NCBI GenBank assembly: GCA_964016885.1
Contig: OZ024743.1
Coordinates: forward strand, 74,834,001 to 74,898,000
DNA: 64,000 bases
Direction of reading: 5' to 3'
From: Eledone cirrhosa
Taxonomy: Eukaryota
This document shows, in pieces, positions 13,592 through 27,454 of this stretch. The notes under the pieces are model-generated. The model saw only the letters and a list, made by a program, of their open reading frames with translations, was not told the DNA's origin and did not search any database. Positions within the stretch are counted from its first letter, which is position 1, and every line of letters starts with the position of its first letter. Both the position numbers and the translations under genes were made by a program.

Positions 13592-14575
13592 AAAAAAGAT
13601 GAAATCGAAAATGCAACTGGAGTCTTTTTTTTTTTAAATATATATATTTATTTGGTTCCTTTACCGGTTTCGCAGTTCTTCTGCTTTTCAAAAGTAGAGT
13701 TGAGATGGAGGGTCTGTGGTTTTTCTCACGTCTGGTTGGTCTTTGAATGTTACTTGTTTTATATGGCAAAAAGTGGCTCGAAATGCCAGGTTTTTAGAGA
13801 AGTAATTTGATTGGTTGGTGAATAAGTATAATACATTTCGCGCTTGTTCGCGTTACAAGGTTCTTCAAACAAAGGGAGGGGGCTCAGGTTGTTTTTTCAT
13901 ATATGAGTGAAGTTTGCTTGGTTGATGCAGTCACGTGAATAAGCACATCAGCTTTCGCGCCAGTTTGTGTTTGAATTTCTTTTTACTTTAAAAAAAGTGG
14001 CTCACGAAGGCTCTTTTTTAAAAAAGTAATTTGATTGGTTATAAATGAAATTATGACTGACACGTGAACAAGTTCATTAATTTTCGCGCCCGTATATGGG
14101 AATTTGGTTTGTAGCCTTTTAGAGAATTTTGTGGGAAACAAAAGATAATGGTCAAGAGAAATGGGATGGGGAGAATTGTTCTGGTTCAGTGAATATGGCT
14201 GGTTCGCTGGGGTGTCAGAAATCAGACTTTCTATTGAAATAAAGAAAGTAGAGATATGTATGTTTATTTGTGTGCTTGTGTGTGTGTAGGAAGATGAATA
14301 GTAGAAATGTAGGAGGGAGTTGTGTGTATGCGTGTGTGTGTATGGGTGTTATGTGTGTGTGTGTATGTGTGTGTGAGAGTATGGTTAGTATGTTAAGATG
14401 GAGAGAATATATATATTTTATGTGTGTGTGTGTAGGAAAGTGATTCTATAAGTAGAAATGGGGGAGGGAGTTGTGTGGTGTGTGTGAGTGGGTGTTATGT
14501 GTGTGTGTATGGGTGTTTTGTGTGTGTGTGTGTATGTGGGTGTGGGAGTATGGTTAGCATGTTAAGATGGAGAGA

Positions 14576-14613
<38 letters not shown>

Positions 14614-17510
14614 AGGAAAATAATTCCGTTAGTAGAAATGGGGGAAGGAGATATGTGTGTGTGGGGGGGGGGGGGGGGTAGCATGTTAAGTGTTAGAGTA
14701 TTGACGTATGTTAAGGTTTATTTAGTTCTGGTTTTTATTTTCTAATGTAGGTGTTATGTGTGTGTGTATGTATGTGTCTGTTTGGATGGTTAGCAATTTA
14801 TGGTGTTGACATAATGTATATTAAACTATATTTAATGCTGGTCTATATTTTTGAATAAACATATTTTCCTTATTTATTCGTATTTGTTCTGTTGTATTGT
14901 CAGCGCAAAGTTAAAATGGGAAGACTTGGAATTTGATTTGGGTGTCTTATTACTTGCGCATATGTCTAGATGTGCACTTAGTGGTATCTGTCTCGTGGTT
15001 GGATCTCGTAATTGTTGGCGATGAACTGTCATTCTGTTTCTTCGTGTGAGTTTAGTTTGTCCTATATAATCTTCATTGCATCCTTTACATTTAATGGCAT
15101 AAAGTAGATTTTTTGATGAGCAAGTGAAGTGACTTGTTACAGCAAAATTTTGTCCTGATTGAAATGTATACGTGTTGCCTTCAATGGGGGGAGTTCAGGT
15201 TACACAATTAGAGCGACCACATTTTTTGACAGTTGGTTGTGGGTTTGTGGTAGGTAATTTGGTATTGGTGAATAATGTTTTTAGTGATTTCGGTTGTCTT
15301 TTGATTTTGATTATTTTGTGTGTTTCAAGGGCCTTTTTCATTCTTGGGTCTTGTTTCAATAGTGGGATGTTCTTGTGAATAGTGTTGTAGGCTTCTGCCT
15401 TTCTTGGGTTGTGTGTTGAGATATATGATAAAATATTGGACGTACCTTGAATTTGTTTCTGTTTTCGTAATTCATCAATGCCTATTGCTTTAGCCCTTTC
15501 TATTCCATTATTTATTAGTAGTGGTGGGTACTGACTTTCGAGTAGAATTTAATTTAATTCTTGAAGTCTTTTATTTCGTGTTTCATAATTGGAGACAATT
15601 GTGCAAATTCTTCTTGCTAGGTTAAAAGGAATGTTCGTCTTCTTGTGCTTTGGATGGCTGGAGGTGAATAGCAGGTATTGTTTGGAATCTGTTGGTTTGT
15701 AGTCTATGTCAGTTTCAATATTTGTGTCTTTTTTTAAGATTAAGATGTCCAGAAATGGGAGTTGATCTTGGCTGTATTCCATTGTGAATTGGATGTGGTT
15801 ATTGATGCCGTTAATTAAATTTTTGAAATCATTTAGTTGGTCGAGTGTGTGGGACCAAAGAATGAGACAATCATCCAAGTAGCGTTCCAATTCTCTGATA
15901 AATATTTGTGGAAGTTCAATCCGTATTTTGATTTGGACTGCTCATATATCTGGACTTCCAAGTATGCCATGACTAAGTTGGCATAAGTTGGAGCGGTTTT
16001 TGTACCCATCGCAGTCCCCGATATTTGCTTGTAAGTACTGCCATCGAAATCAAAAGAGTTGTTCTGTAAAATAAATTTTAATCCCTCGGTGATGAAGCTT
16101 TTTTCTATTCTGTCGGGTATCTCATTGAGATATTTCTCTAGCCAGAATCCTATTGCTTCTAGTCCGTATTGGTGTGGGATCGTTGTGTAGAGATTCACTA
16201 CATCGAAAGACACAATAATAGTGTCGTTGTTGACATGTTTGTGGAGGTGGTTTAAGAGGTCCAGATCGTCTATTACAAGGCTTGGTATGTGTTTGAGAAT
16301 TGGTTTTAGTAGTATCTCTATAAAGTTGCTTAGTCTGTGTGTTTCACATTGTGGGCTCGCTACAATTGGTCTGAATTTAAGGTCTGTGGCGTATTGTGTG
16401 TTCACGCAGGTTGAGGTGGATTGTTGACAGGTATCATTAATTATTTTACACTTGTGGATCTTCGGAAGTCCGTAAAGGTTGCTGGTTTTGTATTCAAAAT
16501 GTGTTAAATAATCGTGCTCATTTTTAGTTAAGTCTTCCTGGTATCGACAAATGAATGTGTTTAATCTAGTCATCGTTTTTGATTGCTGGTAGTTTTTTAC
16601 TCTTTCATAGTAGTTAGTATTTTGTAAGAGAGAGAATATAGAATGTTGATATTGTTCAGCATCCATAATGACGACAGTACTTCCCTTGTCCGCTTCCTTA
16701 ATTATAATGTCCTTATTGTTTTTTAGTTCATGGATAATCTCCCATTCCCTTCGACTCGTGTTGGGTTTGGGTTTAGGTTGCGGTAGTTCATGGTATGGGA
16801 AAGTTGCTATGTGGTCACAAAATGTCTCCAGAACTCTGTTTCTGCATTTTGTTGGATTGTAGCTGCTTTTATTCCGTACAATTGATTGGTCGTTATTCTC
16901 CATGTCAAAGAATTCCTCTGTGAGGCGTAATTTTCTACAGAAGTGTGAGATATCGTCATTTATCTCATTGGGGTTAGAGTATTGTGGTGTTGGTGTGATT
17001 TCAGTCCTTTGGAATTTTTACTTGTTGGGCTGAGAAGTTTGTATTTGAAAGGTTAATTATTTTCGGTTTTTCAAAATCGGTTTATGCCACCGGGTGTCGT
17101 GGGTCCTGTAGCCTTGGTCTAAAAAATGATTTTTCTGAATTGTTTTTTCATGGGTATTATTATATCTAATGGTATTTCCCCTGTTGTTGTGTGGTCTTGT
17201 ATAGATGTTTCGGACGTATTGAGGTTCGGTTTGTTGATAGTCCGGGTTGTAGGTTTTGTTCCTTTGTGTGGGTTGTGATCTGCGGATCGGGTCCTGTCTT
17301 GTGTGGGGGACCTTCGGTTTTTGTTAGTAGGGTTATGGTTTCCTCTATGGGTTCTGGGATTATCGTCATAGTTTTGCTGGAGGTATGTTGGACGTTTTGT
17401 TACTTTTTTTTTGTTATTTGTTGTGTGTATGGTCTGTGAGTTTTAGTTTGTTTTAAAAATTGGTTACTTGTATGTTGTTCATTTTTGAAATCCATTTCGT
17501 AGTTGTTGGA
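13590..17510 (-). mobile_element. Decayed Penelope-like element (Neptune-like); ORF remnants ~17500 to 14821 plus long CA-rich 3' UTR
   Basis: KIINLS, IIIKEADKG, LYGLPKIHK, FRPIV, GTAMGTKTAPTYANL, RYLDD, LPFLDI, YKPTD, LLYAIKC..C...YIGQT, PALN. Several frameshifts and stops. Confidence 0.92.
13659..13694 (-). ncRNA. Minimal type I hammerhead-like motif, U3:A8 core variant, at the 3' end of a PLE
   Basis: ctt-TTGAAAA-gcag-aagaa-ctgc-GAAA-c-cg-GTA-aag. Confidence 0.65.
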
Positions 17511-17543
17511 CCACACACACACATACACACATACATACACCGT

Positions 17544-17641
<98 letters not shown>

Positions 17642-17698
17642 TACATATACAAACGTACATACATACACACAAACAAATAAATATATATATATATATAT

Positions 17699-17893
17699 AG
17701 GAACCAGTAAGACCCCGACAGCTGAGCTCAAGCCGTTTCGACGGCTAATTCTGGACTCAGAATTAGCCGTCGAAACGGCTTGAGCTCAGCTGTCGGGGTC
17801 TTACTGGTTCCTATTACCCACTCTACTACCTCAAGTATTGAGTACTTTGGTGCGTTATGGTCCACCTGGTTCCTTACCACATTTCCTTCGTTA
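17699..17893 (+). mobile_element. Family A fold-back element, copy 2
   Basis: Perfect palindrome 17699-17812 (loop gact) with the same tail as 584-663. Confidence 0.85.
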
Positions 17894-17957
17894 TATATAT
17901 ATATATAAATATATATTTATTTGTTTGTGTGTATCTATGTACGTTTGTATATGTGTG

Positions 17958-18067
<110 letters not shown>

Positions 18068-18073
18068 AATAAC

Positions 18074-18137
<64 letters not shown>

Positions 18138-18139
<2 letters not shown>

Positions 18140-20290
18140 GACCATGTTCAATGACTGCTTGGTGTCGGGTGAGGTGCCAGAGTGGTTGACAAAAGGTACC
18201 ACAGTTCTGATAATGAAAGACCGAATCAAGGGTAATGATGCTACCAACTATAGACCTATCACATGTCTGCCCGTAATGTGGAAACTGTTGACGAGCATTG
18301 TGTCTGAGGAAATCTACCATCACCTCCACACAAACAACTTGTTACCGGACGAACAGAAAGGATGCCGAAAGAAGTCACGTGGTACAAAGGACCAGTTGCT
18401 TATTGATAAGATGGTAATGGGGAATTGCAGGAGGAGACACACTGATCTTGCCATGGGATGGATAGACTACAGAAAGGCATTTGACATGGTGCCTCATTCC
18501 TGGATCACCAAAAGCCTGGAGATCTTCAGGGTGGCAGATAACATCAGACAGTTGCTAGGCAGGAGTATGGGGTCCTGGGAGACAGAGTTGACATCAACTG
18601 GAGTATCCTTGGGAAGCGTGAAGATCAAGAGAGGTATCTTCCAGGGAGATAGCCTGTCCCCTCTGTTGTTTGTCCTTGCCCTGATGCCCTTGACCATTAT
18701 GCTGCGAAAAGTAAGAGCAGGATACAAGTTGGGAAGGGGAGAGCTTACCATCAATCACCTCCTCTTCATGGACGATCTTAAGCTCTTCGGGAAAAGTGAG
18801 AAGGAGTTGGATGTGCTTGTTGACACTGTCCGTATTTTCAGCAGTGATATATGTATGCAGTTTGGTATTGGTAAATGTGGAGTCATTGTGATGAAGAGGG
18901 GTAGGTTGAGCAGAAGTAACGGGATCCAGATACCAACAGGTGAGATGATAAAGGAAATTGACTCTGAGGAAGGATACAAGTATTTGGGCGTTCTGGAGGC
19001 TGATGGCATAAAGAACAAAAAAATGAAGGAATTGTTAAGAACTGAATACATTCGGAGAGTAAGGAGCGTATTGAAGTCACATCTGAACAGCAGAAATGCC
19101 ATAAGCGCAGTAAATTCCCGAGCTGTGTCTATTATTAGGTACAGTGCGGGAATTCTGAGATGGAATGTTGCTGAACAAAAAGAAATGGATAGGAAGACTA
19201 GGAAGCTATTGACTATCTACAACATGTTCCACAAGAGGAGTGATGTCGATAGACTCTACCTAAGGAGATCTGAGGGTGGAAGAGGTCTTATCAGCATAGA
19301 GGACTGTGTTCAGATGGAGAAAAACAACCTATACAAATACGTGACCTATAGTAAGGAGCCAATGCTCAGAACTGTACTGAAGGAGGGGACAGTAGGCCAG
19401 GGGATGTCCAGGGAGGAAATAACATCAAGGAGGAAGAGCAGCCTTAAGGGAAAATCCCTTCATAGTACCTTCTTTGAGAAAACTGAATTTAGAGATCCAC
19501 AGACATGGAACTGGTTGAGAAGAGGAGACCTCAAAAAGGGTACAGAAGGAATGCTAATGGCTGCGCAGGAGCAGGCCCTCAAAACGAAGTGGTTGAAGCA
19601 CCATATCTACAAGGAGGAGGCTAGCCCACTGTGCAGGATCTGTGGAGAGAGAGAGGAGACTGTGGCTCACATTGTGTCCGAGTGTAAACACCTAGCCCAG
19701 ACCCACTATAAGGGCTGGAGACACGATGTGATGGGCAGGGTGATCCACTGGCACCTGTGCAAAGTAAACAATCTACCACATTCTGAGAAATGGTATGAGC
19801 ATAGGCCAGAGGCGGTGATGGAGAACAGTCAGGTGAAGGTGCTGTGGGATTTTAGGATACAGACGGACAAAAAACTGGAACACAATAGACCTGACCTGGT
19901 GGTTGTGGACAAAGAAAAAAGATCGTGCCTGATTGTGGATGTGGCCTGCCCGTTCGACACGAGAGTGCAAGAGAAGGAGAGGGAGAAAATTAACCGATAC
20001 CAGGACCTAAAGTGGGAGATGAAAAGGATTTGGAACTGCCATGAAGTCAAAGTGATCCCGATTGTCATAGGCGCACTGGGGACTATCTCCAAAAGTTTCC
20101 AGGGATGGTTAAAGAAAATCGGCCCCTTCACGCTTTTTGGGACGCTTCAAAAGGCATGCTTGCTTGGAACAGCAAGAACCCTCCGATACGTCCTGAATAT
20201 CTGAGGCTGCAGGTAGTGGCTTGATATTCAATCCAACGGACTTTCCAGTTAACCAACATCAATGACTGAGATTCAAGGAATAACAATAAC

Positions 20291-20370
<80 letters not shown>
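18138..20370 (+). mobile_element. 5'-truncated R4/Dong-like non-LTR retrotransposon with open RT + CCHC + restriction-like endonuclease frame (to 20204) and (TAA)n tail
   Basis: [27 protein letters not shown]...[29 protein letters not shown]. Flanked by (TAA)n on both sides. Confidence 0.93.
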
Positions 20371-20371
<1 letters not shown>

Positions 20372-21702
20372 TGACTCTGAGGAAGGATACAAGTATTTGG
20401 GCGTTCTGGAGGCTGATGGCATAAAGAACAAAAAAATGAAGGAATTGTTAAGAACTGAATACATTCGGAGAGTAAGGAGCGTATTGAAGTCACATCTGAA
20501 CAGCAGAAATGCCATAAGCGCAGTAAATTCCCGAGCTGTGTCTATTATTAGGTACAGTGCGGGAATTCTGAGATGGAATGTTGCTGAACAAAAAGAAATG
20601 GATAGGAAGACTAGGAAGCTATTGACTATCTACAACATGTTCCACAAGAGGAGTGATGTCGATAGACTCTACCTAAGGAGATCTGAGGGTGGAAGAGGTC
20701 TTATCAGCATAGAGGACTGTGTTCAGATGGAGAAAAACAACCTATACAAATACGTGACCTATAGTAAGGAGCCAATGCTCAGAACTGTACTGAAGGAGGG
20801 GACAGTAGGCCAGGGGATGTCCAGGGAGGAAATAACATCAAGGAGGAAGAGCAGCCTTAAGGGAAAATCCCTTCATAGTACCTTCTTTGAGAAAACTGAA
20901 TTTAGAGATCCACAGACATGGAACTGGTTGAGAAGAGGAGACCTCAAAAAGGCTACAGAAGGAATGCTAATGGCTGCGCAGGAGCAGGCCCTCAAAACGA
21001 AGTGGTTGAAGCACCATATCTACAGGGAGGAGGCTAGCCCACTGTGCAGGATCTGTGGAGAGAGAGAGGAGACTGTGGCTCACATTGTGTCCGAGTGTAA
21101 ACACCTAGCCCAGACCCACTATAAGGGCTGGAGACACGATGTGATGGGCAGGGTGATCCACTGGCACCTGTGCAAAGTAAACAATCTACCACATTCTGAG
21201 AAATGGTATGAGCATAGGCCAGAGGCGGTGATGGAGAACAGTCAGGTGAAGGTGCTGTGGGATTTTAGGATACAGACGGACAAAAAACTGGAACACAATA
21301 GACCTGACCTGGTGGTTGTGGACAAAGAAAAAAGATCGTGCCTGATTGTGGATGTGGCCTGCCCGTTCGACACGAGAGTGCAAGAGAAGGAGAGGGAGAA
21401 AATTAACCGATACCAGGACCTAAAGTGGGAGGTGAAAAGGATTTGGAACTGCCATGAAGTCAAAGTGATCCCGATTGTCATAGGCGCACTGGGGACTATC
21501 TCCAAAGGTTTCCAGGGATGGTTAAAGAAAATCGCCCCCTTCACGCTTTTTAGAACGCTTCAAAAGGCATGCTTGCTTGGAACGGCAAGAACCCTCCGAT
21601 ACGTCCTGAATATCTGAATATCAATCCAACGGACTTTCCAGTTAACCAACATCAATGACTGAGATTCAAGGAATAACAATAACAATAATAATAATAATAA
21701 TA
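20371..21702 (+). mobile_element. Second, shorter copy of the same Dong-like element (frame ends 21617)
   Basis: Nearly identical to 18957-20290, with a few substitutions and a ~20-bp 3' UTR deletion. Confidence 0.93.
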
Positions 21703-22570
21703 AAACTTTAACCCATCAGTGGTTGGCATCCTCTGGACTGAAATCGGAGACTGAAGGACTGATTATATCGACACAAGATCAGTGTCTGCCAACAAAAAAT
21801 TACCAAGCCAACATAATAAAAAATGGGTGCAGCCCATTATGCCGTGTATGCAAAAAACAACCAGAGACCATTGACCATATAATTTCAATGTGCAGTCCTA
21901 TAGCTCCAACCGAATACCTAAACAGGCATGACAGAGCTGCACAATACATACATTGGATAATGTGTAAGCATTTTGACCTGCCCCATCAAAAGAATTGGTG
22001 GGAGCATCAACCACCTCCCATACTTGAAAAAGATCACATCTCAATCTTGTGGAGCTTTAGCATCCAAACAGACCGAAAAATAGATGCAAATAGACCTGAT
22101 ATAATATTGAAGGACTTTCAAAGGAGGGTATGCCTGCTAATTGATATGTCTGTTCCAATAGACAAGAATGTATCTATAAAAACATTTGAAAAATTGAGCA
22201 AGTATAAGGACCTGGAGATAGAAATTGGAAAAATGTGGAAATTGAGAACTAAAACAATACCAGTGGTTGTAGGCGCTCTGGGAATGATACCTAAGGGGTC
22301 TAACGACTACTTATCGCAAATCCCAGGAAACCCGCGTATAGGAGAAATACAAAAGATAGTACTAATGGGAACTGCCCATATACTAAGGAAGATCCTGTCA
22401 ATATAAGTACATCACAAGTCCAAACACTAAGGATGCATGTGTGAATATGTAAGTTCTTTCTTGAACATGGCAGACCTTGTTGTCTCTTGAGGTCACTGGT
22501 TGTGACTTGGTGATAACTCGTATAAACATAAAGCAAGATAAATGCAAATAATAATAATAATAATAATAAA
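21703..22570 (+). mobile_element. 3' fragment of a different R4/Dong-like family (CCHC + RLE, frame ends 22406)
   Basis: LKSETEGLI, CRVC...HIISMC, RHD, NRPDIIL, KLSKY, PVVVGALG; (TAA)n tail. Confidence 0.9.
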
Positions 22571-22980
22571 TTTGAAGACTAAAATCCAAAGAGGGCTCGA
22601 TAAGGATAAATATATATCAAATATATAAGAACCGTAGAGCAAATATTTATTAAAATAACAGATTAAAGTTTAAGCAAAGAATCGCTGCTTTCACCCTTAA
22701 CGGGATCTTCTGAAACTAACAAAGTCAATCTGTAAACGCAGAGTGGATATTTCAAAAAACCTTGCAACCGGAGGAAAATAGGAAGACGATACTTTGGTTC
22801 GTGGAAACGTTCCCTGGCAAAGAACGGGAAAAAACGAATATAATGCGTCATTAATAGGAGCGGTAAAAAACAATTACGCGCAAAGACAGAATTACGTTTA
22901 TGGTATAAAAGAAGTCGTACACTAATGTTCTCTTAGGTAGTTCATAGAGACGTTCTCTGGCAATGAAAGGAAAAAACGTG
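22571..22980 (-). mobile_element. Family B repeat, unfolded form, with degenerate HHR-like motif
   Basis: Minus strand CAGAAGA-tccc-gttaa-gggt-GAAA at 22680-22712; homologous to 699-958 and 7850-8070. Confidence 0.7.
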
Positions 22981-22984
22981 CTTC

Positions 22985-23855
22985 CTTTTGTTCTTTTTCC
23001 TCGGCACCAGGGTCTCACTTGCTTCCGCCACTGCATTGGTGAAGTGCCCGTACCTCCTCGTCACACACGCCTCAGTCCATCCAATCTCTCTCTCCTCTGT
23101 CTCTCCACACAGAGCACTGAACCTGTTCCTCACTTCTACTGTGTACCTCTCCTGTAGCTTATCATCTTCCTTGAAAGCTCCCCAGTCATAGATTGCTCTC
23201 CGGGGCTGTGCCTTGCTCTTTCTTAAGCTCACCCGGACCTCACTCATAACAAGCCGGGGGTCACTACTCAGCGTACTGAAATAGTTGTATGGTTCTGTGT
23301 TCAGAACACTATTCCGCCACTTTTTCCTCACCAGAATGAAATCAATCTGGGACTTGGACAGGTGCATATCTGAGATGTAGGTCGACATCTTCCTAAACCT
23401 TAGGTTGGTCGCTATCAAGTTCGCCTCCAGCAGGGTGTCTCTCAGTAGTCTTCCATTTCGGTTGGTGTTGTTATGGAAGTACCAGCAAGGATCTTCACTG
23501 CATTCCTTACTCAGATGTGCATTGAAGTCCCCCAAAACAAGCAGGATATTGTGTGCTTGTGTGGTGTTGACAGCTCTACACACCTCCTCATGGAACTCTT
23601 CTGCACTCACATCACTGTCTCTCTCGGTTGGACTATAGGCTGAGATGACTGTCAGTCTTGGGTTTCTATTGAAGGGCACCCTCAATACTCGCGGGGAGAC
23701 AGGCATTATTTCCCTCACCAATAGACTGGTTTTTGTGCTGAAAACAAAACCCACTCCTCCCACTGCAGCATTGGTCATGTTCCTCACTGCCGATGTGGTG
23801 ATGGGCTGGCTCAATCATCACACTCCTCACGGGCTCATCGTGTAGGATCCTGTGT
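22985..23855 (-). mobile_element. LINE fragment (RTE-like), APE endonuclease domain
   Basis: GGVGF, VISAYSPT, VLGDFNA, NRNG, QIDFILV, SDPRLV. Confidence 0.85.
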
Positions 23856-23964
23856 TCTATATATATATATATATATACACACACATATATATATATATAC
23901 ATATAAACATATAAATATATACACCCATCATACACATTCATACACATACACAAAGATATATATA

Positions 23965-23994
<30 letters not shown>

Positions 23995-24000
<6 letters not shown>

Positions 24001-24646
24001 AACATATACATACATACACATATACGCATATACATATAAACGCACGTACACACAAACATACGCATACATACGTACGGCCACTCAAACAAATACGTACATA
24101 CATACACTCATAAGAATACACATGTACACAGACATTCATATACAGTATACAGATGAAGTACACTCTACATGCGGAAAGAGCAGATAGGTAAGAAGTACTT
24201 ACATGACCATAGTGCCGTGTTTCGGGTCGAAATGGGGTAGGGGTAGGGTGGGAAGGAGGTGGAGGGGGGTAAATTGTCGAGTGGGGTTTTTCTAAAGAAT
24301 TTCCCTTTTCTTTAAACCATTGAACCCCACCCATCCTGTAGACACCTGTCTTACAGGCATTGTTAGTCTAAGTGATAAACTAGGATTGGTAATCCAATTT
24401 TGAATTTGTTTACAGTATTCTTTCTGCCTTTGTTAATATTATAGCTTTAAAGAATTAGCTTTTAATGAATCCCTTTTCTTTAAATCCTTCAACCAATGAC
24501 CTCCACCTATCCCAATCCCCACCCTCTCCTACCACTAGATAAGGAAAGACATAAATACTACCATTTACTTGAACAATCAGCTTCCTGATGATTTCTCACG
24601 AATGAAAGAGTTCTAGTCCTGTAGAAGCTCTTCTATATTAAAACTT
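23995..24646. mobile_element. Inverted composite of Naiad-like PLE UTR pieces with an HHR at 24579-24629 (+)
   Basis: 23995-24290 matches 8940-9220 directly; 24290-24646 is the reverse complement of 11450-11800. Contains agcttc-CTGATGA...GAAA...GTA-gaagct. Confidence 0.8.
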
Positions 24647-24669
24647 TATATATATATATATATATACCA

Positions 24670-24990
24670 GGTCCGAACACAAAAGAAGCAAACTCCCACT
24701 TCCACTGCCTCTGTCTCTCTCGCTCTCACCAACTCTCGCTATTATGAGCAAATGGGGTCCCATGCGCTGGCCGCCCCGCGACCCCGGCGGACAGAATAGA
24801 GAAGGTGTTTCCCTTGATGATGGCGAGGGAGACGCGCTGGAAGAGCAATTCCAGCTCGTGAGGTTCACACCTGCGGGTAGCCAACTCCGTGCCGAGAGTG
24901 GTGAGTAGGGAGGTGGTCCTAGGGCCAAGGAGACCAGAAGTCTTCACTGTCAAGGGCTCGACCTCAAATCTATCGGAGAGAGACCGATAT
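24670..24990 (-). mobile_element. 3' end of a CRE-like non-LTR element (RLE C-terminus)
   Basis: PLTVKTSGLLGP...LLFQRVSLAIIKGNTFSIL resembles the CRE C-terminal QR.S.AIQRGNA motif. Confidence 0.7.
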
Positions 24991-25243
24991 AGAAAGAAAG
25001 TATTAATCACTGACAGCAATACATACGGTAAGATTATCATCAATGACTAAATATTAGACGACCAGTCATACCAACACATGGTCCCTATTTTTGTAGTTTA
25101 ATTCAAAACTTTGATAATTCAGACATATGATCAAAGATTTTCCAGTTGTGACTAATATATTTACTACATCTACACTTGTAATCTTCGACAGATTTCTACA
25201 CTGACCAGTATTGGGTGATTTAATGATAGGGACCCCAGTCCTA

Positions 25244-25388
25244 TCATCTCATTTCTACAGCTGAGTAAACTGGAGCAACGTGAAATAAAGTGTCTTGCTC
25301 AAGGAAACAACGCATCACCCGGTCCGAGAATTGAACTCACAACCTTTCGATTTCAAGCCCAATGCTCTAACCACTAAGCCATGCGCCT
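25244..25388 (-). mobile_element. tRNA-derived SINE, 5' part
   Basis: Reverse complement of the 4577 SINE head. Confidence 0.8.
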
Positions 25389-25504
25389 TAATGAGGGAGC
25401 ACCTTATAATTTATATGAAATGTCAGACGTTGTTGGTTGGAGGTTAATATTTACTAGGTTTCAACTCTACAAAATACTTCAGCAATGCTGGTATAGTCAC
25501 TACC

Positions 25505-25708
25505 TCCGTCTTTCTCCCTCTCTCCATCCATCACTATTATAAACAAATAGGGGCCCACGTGCTGGCCGCCCCACGGCCCCGGCGGACAGAATAAAGAAGG
25601 ATGGTGAGGGAGACGCGTTGGGAGAGCAATTCCAGCTCTGGTAGTTCATACCTGCGGGTAGCCAACTCCGTGTCGATGGTGGTGAGTAGGGAGGTAGTCC
25701 TAGGGCAC
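25505..25708 (-). mobile_element. Second CRE-like 3' fragment
   Basis: Homologous to 24715-24925 (PRTTSLLTT..TELATRR..ELELL.QRVSL). Confidence 0.7.
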
Positions 25709-26379
25709 TGTACATCTAGAACTACAATATCGAATATGCCTCTCCTTTTTATACAACAGACCATATGTGACTTAAAGGACACTTGGTTGCTATTTATGTA
25801 GGTCAAGTGGTCGCTTAAATTCTCCCTTATTGGCAGGTCAGTACACCAGTAAGATATGTAAATAAACGCCTTCACGAAACAAACTGTATTACAACTATCG
25901 TGTAACATACTTTTCCTCTTATTATACATCATTTAACTCTGCAGTGAATGCTGTCCAATGATATCTGAATGTTGTCTGTTTGAGGGATGGCATAGTTATT
26001 TGTATTTTCTACATAAAAACCAGAGTAATCTCCTAATATTAGTTTTATACAGTTGAATCGAATTACCGAATAGTTTATGATTGTTTGCAGGAGTAAATGA
26101 ATGGTGTGGACTATTCCACCTAGAATGAATTGATATAATCAGTAACAAACCTACCAAGAACGCTTCAAACATGACGTTGTCGACTGTAATTTTACCCCAT
26201 CTAGATTGATAAACATGTGCTGAGGTGAACATACATGAATATTATGTTGTTGATTAAGTAATTCTCTGCATTAATTGCTATGAAAATTCAGTAACTGAAT
26301 TTAAACTTGACATGTAGTATTATATCGTTAGTTAATATTACTGTGATTATATAGATATATTGTGTTCACGAGTGATCGA

Positions 26380-26960
26380 TGGCAGGACGCTGAATTATGT
26401 GCAAGAATTGCAGGAGCTGCTGAAGTAATGCACCAGCTTCAGTATTTGGTAATCAGAAGAAGAGAGGTAGGTGTAAAAGCCAAACTCGTTATCTTCAATT
26501 AGGTATTTATGCCAAGCCTTACCGATGGCCATGAATCCTGGGTAATGAACGATAAAATACGATCGCGAACACAAGCAGCCGAAATGGGGTTCCTCCGAAG
26601 GGTCTCTGAAGTAACGTTTCTCTATAGAGTGCGTAGCTCGGACATCAGAGAGTTGCTCGAGGTAGAGCTGTTATTTCTCCGAATTGAGAGATCACAGATC
26701 TGATAATATGAGCATGTGGTTAGAATGTCTCAGGAAAGAATCACGGAACAGATTTTCGGGAAAAACCAACCGACAGGAGACCCAGGGGTAGACCCCGAGC
26801 AAGATGATTAGATATCTGTGAGCTCAACTGGTCTCGCTTGGGGATCCAACTGGATCAGTTGGAGATGGTTGCTTCCGTCAAGACCCACTGAAAGGAGTTT
26901 TTGAGGACTTTGCCCCACGACCCTCTCAGAAATAAGTGGACGAAAAAGAAATAGAGAAGA
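26380..26960 (+). mobile_element. RTE-like LINE 3' fragment
   Basis: LTDGHESWVM...QAAEMGFLRRV...IERSQ...RPRGRPR. Same family as 55265-55710, 40245-40425 and 31155-31370. Confidence 0.8.
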
Positions 26961-26974
26961 AGCGTGACAAGAAA

Positions 26975-27454
26975 TCTAAACTATAATAAAGTAAGGGGTG
27001 CGGGACTGCGTCCAAACTATATTGTTTTATCCCGTTTGTAAAATAAGTTGGATTACTTTGAATAAATAATGAATGAACATTACATAATTTATCTACTAAA
27101 TTTCTTGATTAAATATAAATAATTTTGTTGCTTATTTTAAGATTCACTTCTTTAAAATTTTCAAATGTCAACACTTCCGGTTAGCGATCGCTTCAATAAA
27201 CATTCATATATTTCCGTCACTAATTTTCTCCTAATACAGTTTATATATAATATCGTCTTTTTTTAATGTATCATAGATTACGTTACTGAATACATAAGAG
27301 AGTGTAACGCAGTCTTCGTTAAATTTTTGGTATATTGTCAATTACCATTTTATTTTATGTATCATATCTTCATGTATATATACTTGCGTATAATATCAAT
27401 GTGCACACTACACATGCTAGCAAAAAACCACCCGAAGGATGGTTTTTCTGCTAG
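26975..27454 (+). mobile_element. Non-autonomous Helitron
   Basis: 5' A|TC, 3' hairpin aaaaacca-cccgaagga-tggttttt followed by CTAG|T. Inverted homolog at 38723-39215. Confidence 0.7.

Noticed and set aside
25710-26240. Short minus-strand ORFs with ILGDY and SDH (APE-like or host exon)
   Set aside because: The motifs are in different frames and too weak to assign.
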